A DNA stretch of 64,000 bases, from contig CAYVKP010000001.1 in the NCBI GenBank assembly GCA_964452165.1, forward strand, positions 76,110 to 140,109. Reading direction: 5' to 3'. This DNA comes from an uncultured Gammaproteobacteria bacterium. GTDB taxonomy: Bacteria > Patescibacteriota > Microgenomatia > Levybacterales > GWA1-39-11. Positions 60,941 through 64,000 of the stretch are shown one piece after another. The position numbers and the translations under genes are program-made. Below the pieces are notes generated by a model, which did not search any database, was not told where the DNA came from, and saw only the letters and a list, made by a program, of their open reading frames with translations. Within the stretch, counting starts at the first letter, position 1. Every line of letters begins with the position of its first letter.

Positions 60941-61459
60941 ATGAACAAGCATTTTGACAAATTTTTCCCACTTCTGATTATTTCTATTGGGGTTTTGATG
61001 CGTCTTGTTCCTCACTCTCCAAACTTTACGCCAATAGCGGCGACCGCGTTATTCGGTGGAACATATTTATCCAAAAAATATGCTTTTATAATTCCAGTTG
61101 CAGCCATGCTTGTATCAGATTATTTTATAGGTTTTCATCACACTATGGTTTATGTCTATGGATCTTTCATTTTGACGGGAGTGATTGGGATTTGGCTTCG
61201 CGAACACAAGAGTGTTCGTAATGTAATTGGCGCATCCTTGCTCTCATCGGTCCTTTTCTTCCTAATTACAAATTTTGGGGTTTGGGTAAACGGCGCATAC
61301 GCGCGTGATATCTCGGGACTTTGGCAAAGCTATATGATGGGAATCCCATTCTTCAGAAATACGGTTGCCGGAGACCTTTTCTACACGGGTGCGTTTTTCT
61401 TATCGTTTGAGGCTGCCAAAAGCTTAATCTATCAATTAAAGCCCGCACGCGTAAAATAA
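60941..61459 (+). CDS. small 5-6 TM membrane protein, candidate vitamin/B12 permease (ECF-S/BtuM-like by context)
   Basis: 172 aa, hydrophobic helices, conserved-looking PHSPNFTP segment. It lies between the B12 binders and the adenosyltransferase. Confidence 0.45.
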   Translation: MNKHFDKFFPLLIISIGVLMRLVPHSPNFTPIAATALFGGTYLSKKYAFIIPVAAMLVSDYFIGFHHTMVYVYGSFILTGVIGIWLREHKSVRNVIGASLLSSVLFFLITNFGVWVNGAYARDISGLWQSYMMGIPFFRNTVAGDLFYTGAFFLSFEAAKSLIYQLKPARVK

Positions 61460-62025
61460 TGCCTATCTACACGAGAACCGGGGATCGCGGTAAGACACGG
61501 CTTGGGACGGGTAAGAAAGTCTCAAAAGATTCCTGCAACGTTGAATCCTACGGAACCATAGATGAATTAAATGCACTTTTAGGCGTGGTTTATGCAGAAA
61601 TTGAAATAGGGAAAAGCCCGTATAGAAAGCGTTTACTTAATTTACTTCTTCTTATTCAAAGCGACCTTTTTTGCATAGGAGCGTATTTGGCAAATCCGGG
61701 TCTATCAAATATGATGGATCATTTTCCCGAGAGGATAAAAAGTTTTGAACGTGAGATAGACTTTATGATGGGAAAAGCCCCTCCTCTTACCAACTTTGTT
61801 TTTCCACAAGGGGGTAGAGTAGGTTCACTTTTTCAGCTGGCAAGAACCGTTTGTCGTCGAGCGGAACGTACGGTTGTTACGCACGCAAAAAAGGAAAAAA
61901 TTGACGAGCGAGTGTTAATCTATACAAACAGACTCTCAGATCTAATGCTTGCAGCCGCTCGTTTCACTGCCCACATTGATAAAAAGAGAGAAATTGTTTG
62001 GAGCAGAGAAAAATACCTCAAATAG
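61459..62025 (+). CDS. PduO-type ATP:cob(I)alamin adenosyltransferase
   Basis: MPIYTRTGDRGKTRL...VESYGTIDELNALLG, classic PduO/MMAB N-terminus. Confidence 0.85.
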   Translation: MPIYTRTGDRGKTRLGTGKKVSKDSCNVESYGTIDELNALLGVVYAEIEIGKSPYRKRLLNLLLLIQSDLFCIGAYLANPGLSNMMDHFPERIKSFEREIDFMMGKAPPLTNFVFPQGGRVGSLFQLARTVCRRAERTVVTHAKKEKIDERVLIYTNRLSDLMLAAARFTAHIDKKREIVWSREKYLK

Positions 62026-62147
62026 CCTCATCAACTCATAGTAAAACAAGCGAAATGTGGATAACTTTGTATAACTCTCAGACCTTAGTCCTATAGTTAG
62101 TCAACCGAAAGGGGTTAAAATTCCATATTATTGCTTATAATTAATGT

Positions 62148-62840
62148 ATGGCTCTGATTGATCTCATATTTCCCAAGAAATGTATTAATTGCGCAAAATT
62201 TGGGGAATTTATATGTGCAGATTGTTTTTCAAGGATTAAGTTTAATGACGCCTTGGAATGTCCGGCGTGTTTGCGCCCGGCCCTCAATGGTATGACTCAC
62301 CCGGCTTGTATTACCGCCCAAGGGCTAGACGGGGCCATTTCAGTAGTTGTTTATAATGGTGTTGTTAAGAAGTTGATATACCAATTCAAATATAATCCAC
62401 ATTTATCAAAGTTAGCCTCAACTATTTCCGAGCTTATGACTGAGGGTTTGTCTCAAAATGAGAGCTTTTACGCATTTTCTGAAAAATACCAACCCGTTTT
62501 GGTTCCAATTCCATTAAGCACAAAGCGATTGCGTGAGCGCGGATATAATCACGCAGAATTATTGAGTAATTATGTCGCACAATATTTTAAGCTTGGTTCT
62601 GACAACAAAATATTAACTAGATCTAAAGAAACCAAGCCTCAGTTTAGATTAAATCGCGAAGAACGAAAGAAAAATGTTGAAGGCGCGTTCGATGTGGCTA
62701 AAAGTTCTAAAGTTCCAAGTTCAATAATTTTGATTGATGATATTGCAACAAGTTTTGCAACCTTAAAGGAGGCAGCCAAAATCTTGAAGCGAAAAGGAGC
62801 CAGGAAGGTTCTGGCCGTAACGTTTGCGAGAGAAATTTAG
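62148..62840 (+). CDS. comF: ComF/GntX-family phosphoribosyltransferase-domain protein
   Basis: N-terminal Cys4 zinc finger (CINCAKF...CADCF...CPAC) and C-terminal PRTase motif ILIDDIATSFATL. Confidence 0.8.
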   Translation: MALIDLIFPKKCINCAKFGEFICADCFSRIKFNDALECPACLRPALNGMTHPACITAQGLDGAISVVVYNGVVKKLIYQFKYNPHLSKLASTISELMTEGLSQNESFYAFSEKYQPVLVPIPLSTKRLRERGYNHAELLSNYVAQYFKLGSDNKILTRSKETKPQFRLNREERKKNVEGAFDVAKSSKVPSSIILIDDIATSFATLKEAAKILKRKGARKVLAVTFAREI

Positions 62841-63199
62841 TATGCGCTAGGTGAGGAGTTTGTAGTTGGGTAAGCTGGATTGTACTTCTTCATACACTCT
62901 TTCATGCAAATCATTTTATATTGACTAGTGACACACTCTTTGGCGCAAACACTTTCTTGAGCTTTCTGAAGTTGAGCCGCAGGATTAATTGCTATTAGAC
63001 CAATAATGCTGAAGAAGAAAAAGATCAGTAGAATCATCGGCAAGCTTATCACGAGCTTTACCCATTTTGGCCAACTGGTCCAGACCCACATTAGAATTAT
63101 TCCGGCGGGATATGCGAGTAAAAGCGTGAGAACTGTGACTATTAGCTTTGTGTCTTCCGATACGCTCTGTGATTGTGTCTTTGACTTTCTTTTTGCCAT
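62837..63199 (-). CDS. hypothetical 2-TM membrane protein with a Cys-rich C-terminus
   Basis: 120-aa ORF; TM helices; CAKECVTSQYKMICMKECMKKY. Confidence 0.45.
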   Translation of the reverse strand: MAKRKSKTQSQSVSEDTKLIVTVLTLLLAYPAGIILMWVWTSWPKWVKLVISLPMILLIFFFFSIIGLIAINPAAQLQKAQESVCAKECVTSQYKMICMKECMKKYNPAYPTTNSSPSAY

Positions 63200-63235
63200 G
63201 CAATTAGTATTTCAAACTAAATTCACCGTGTCAAC

Positions 63236-63805
63236 TTATTTGATTATTAAAACTCTATTTACATCTTCCAATAGTCTTTCGAATTTAGTATACCCTGCGG
63301 CTTGATTAAAGTGTCCGGCATTGGAAATGAAAGTTAATGGGACTCCCAAGTGTCGTGCGAGTTGTTGGCCATTTTCAAGCGCAACATAAGGGTCATTGTC
63401 TGAGTGAAAAACTTCAAAATAACCCGAGGACTTCCTTATTTTGTCCCAATCAAAATCAAAATTTCCGCTAAACTTTCTATCGTTTTCAATATTTTTTATT
63501 GGTTCGATACCAATTGGTGTTCCTACTAAGAAAGCTGCTTTTATGGGCACTTCAAGACGTTCCAATAGTCTCAAAGTAAAAAGGCCTCCCAAGCTATGCC
63601 CGATTAAAATGGTTTTTTCATCAATATCTTTGATTTGTGGATCAACTACTTCAAGCCAGGCCTCGAGCGATTGACCATCTGGGGTGGGAAACTGTGGAAC
63701 GGATACTCTGTGCCCTTTATTTTCAAGTTGCGATTTCATCCACGGAAACCAATTCTCTTCAGGGTATCCGGCATTTCCGTGGAATATAAAAACTTCAGAT
63801 CTCAT
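63236..63805 (-). CDS. RBBP9/YdeN-like serine hydrolase (alpha/beta fold)
   Basis: GHSLGG nucleophile elbow; size and pattern of PF06821. Confidence 0.7.
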   Translation of the reverse strand: MRSEVFIFHGNAGYPEENWFPWMKSQLENKGHRVSVPQFPTPDGQSLEAWLEVVDPQIKDIDEKTILIGHSLGGLFTLRLLERLEVPIKAAFLVGTPIGIEPIKNIENDRKFSGNFDFDWDKIRKSSGYFEVFHSDNDPYVALENGQQLARHLGVPLTFISNAGHFNQAAGYTKFERLLEDVNRVLIIK

Positions 63806-64000
63806 TCGCCGATTATACCAAAAAGCCTCCCTTAGCAGGAGGCTATTATGTGGAGATGGGGGGCTATGAGCCCCCGTCCAAAATTACAAAATAAAAACAT
63901 CTACAAGCTTATTTTGTCTTTGATTGTCGTTACAACATACTCCGACAAAAAGGATTTGTTGTAACCAAGGTTATATTTTTTCGAATAAAGCTCCAACCAA

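Noticed and set aside
1-64000. CRISPR arrays, rRNA genes, IS elements/transposases
   Set aside because: Scanned both strands for regular short direct repeats with spacers, rRNA-like conserved blocks and transposase-like ORFs. None were found. The only tandem repeats are the promoter boxes and the low-complexity coding repeats.

Overview
This 64-kb window looks like chromosomal DNA from a small-genome, moderately AT-rich bacterium using the standard genetic code (TGA is used as a stop). The gene content suggests a Patescibacteria/CPR-like monoderm, which is inference: a DUF5667 protein, multi-copy TrbC/VirB2-like mini-pilins, a minimal VirB4/VirB6 locus, fused glycosyltransferases, many tiny accessory enzymes, and pervasive leaderless genes. 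Reading left to right: rpoD (possibly 5'-truncated at the window edge), tRNA-Asn, then about 15 kb of small redox, detoxification and hydrolase genes on the + strand. These include a SET-domain protein, a type IB topoisomerase, VOC/PhnB-like and RibD_C/DHFR-like paralogs, and an ArsR-AHSA1 pair. Eight consecutive genes in this stretch each carry a near-identical leaderless extended -10 promoter box. Next come a VIT1 transporter, an archaeal-type PPAT fused to DUF359, an ABC-2 exporter, msrA, ruvCAB, an AI-2E transporter and a GT4-TM-GT2 fusion glycosyltransferase. The replication origin region follows: dnaA with a consensus DnaA box in its promoter, an AT-rich dnaA-dnaN spacer, and dnaN. A roughly 21-kb monoderm-type T4SS-like locus comes next. 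It has a CHAP hydrolase, a lysozyme-like giant protein, VirB4, a PrgI/VirB3-like protein, four paralogous VirB2-like pilin modules (one fused to a large Gly/Pro-rich surface domain), a VirB6/TrbL-like protein and an AAA-ATPase/winged-helix regulator, but no VirD4, VirB11, relaxase or integrase. The window ends with a coherent vitamin-B12 salvage module and then comF. The B12 module is nrdR, a class II AdoCbl-dependent RNR (nrdJ), a structured leader with an intrinsic terminator, two DUF4430 B12-binding proteins (one of intrinsic-factor/transcobalamin-like architecture), a small permease candidate and a PduO-type adenosyltransferase. Its leader has a weak resemblance to a cobalamin riboswitch. 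No CRISPR array, rRNA, transposase or integrase was recognised.
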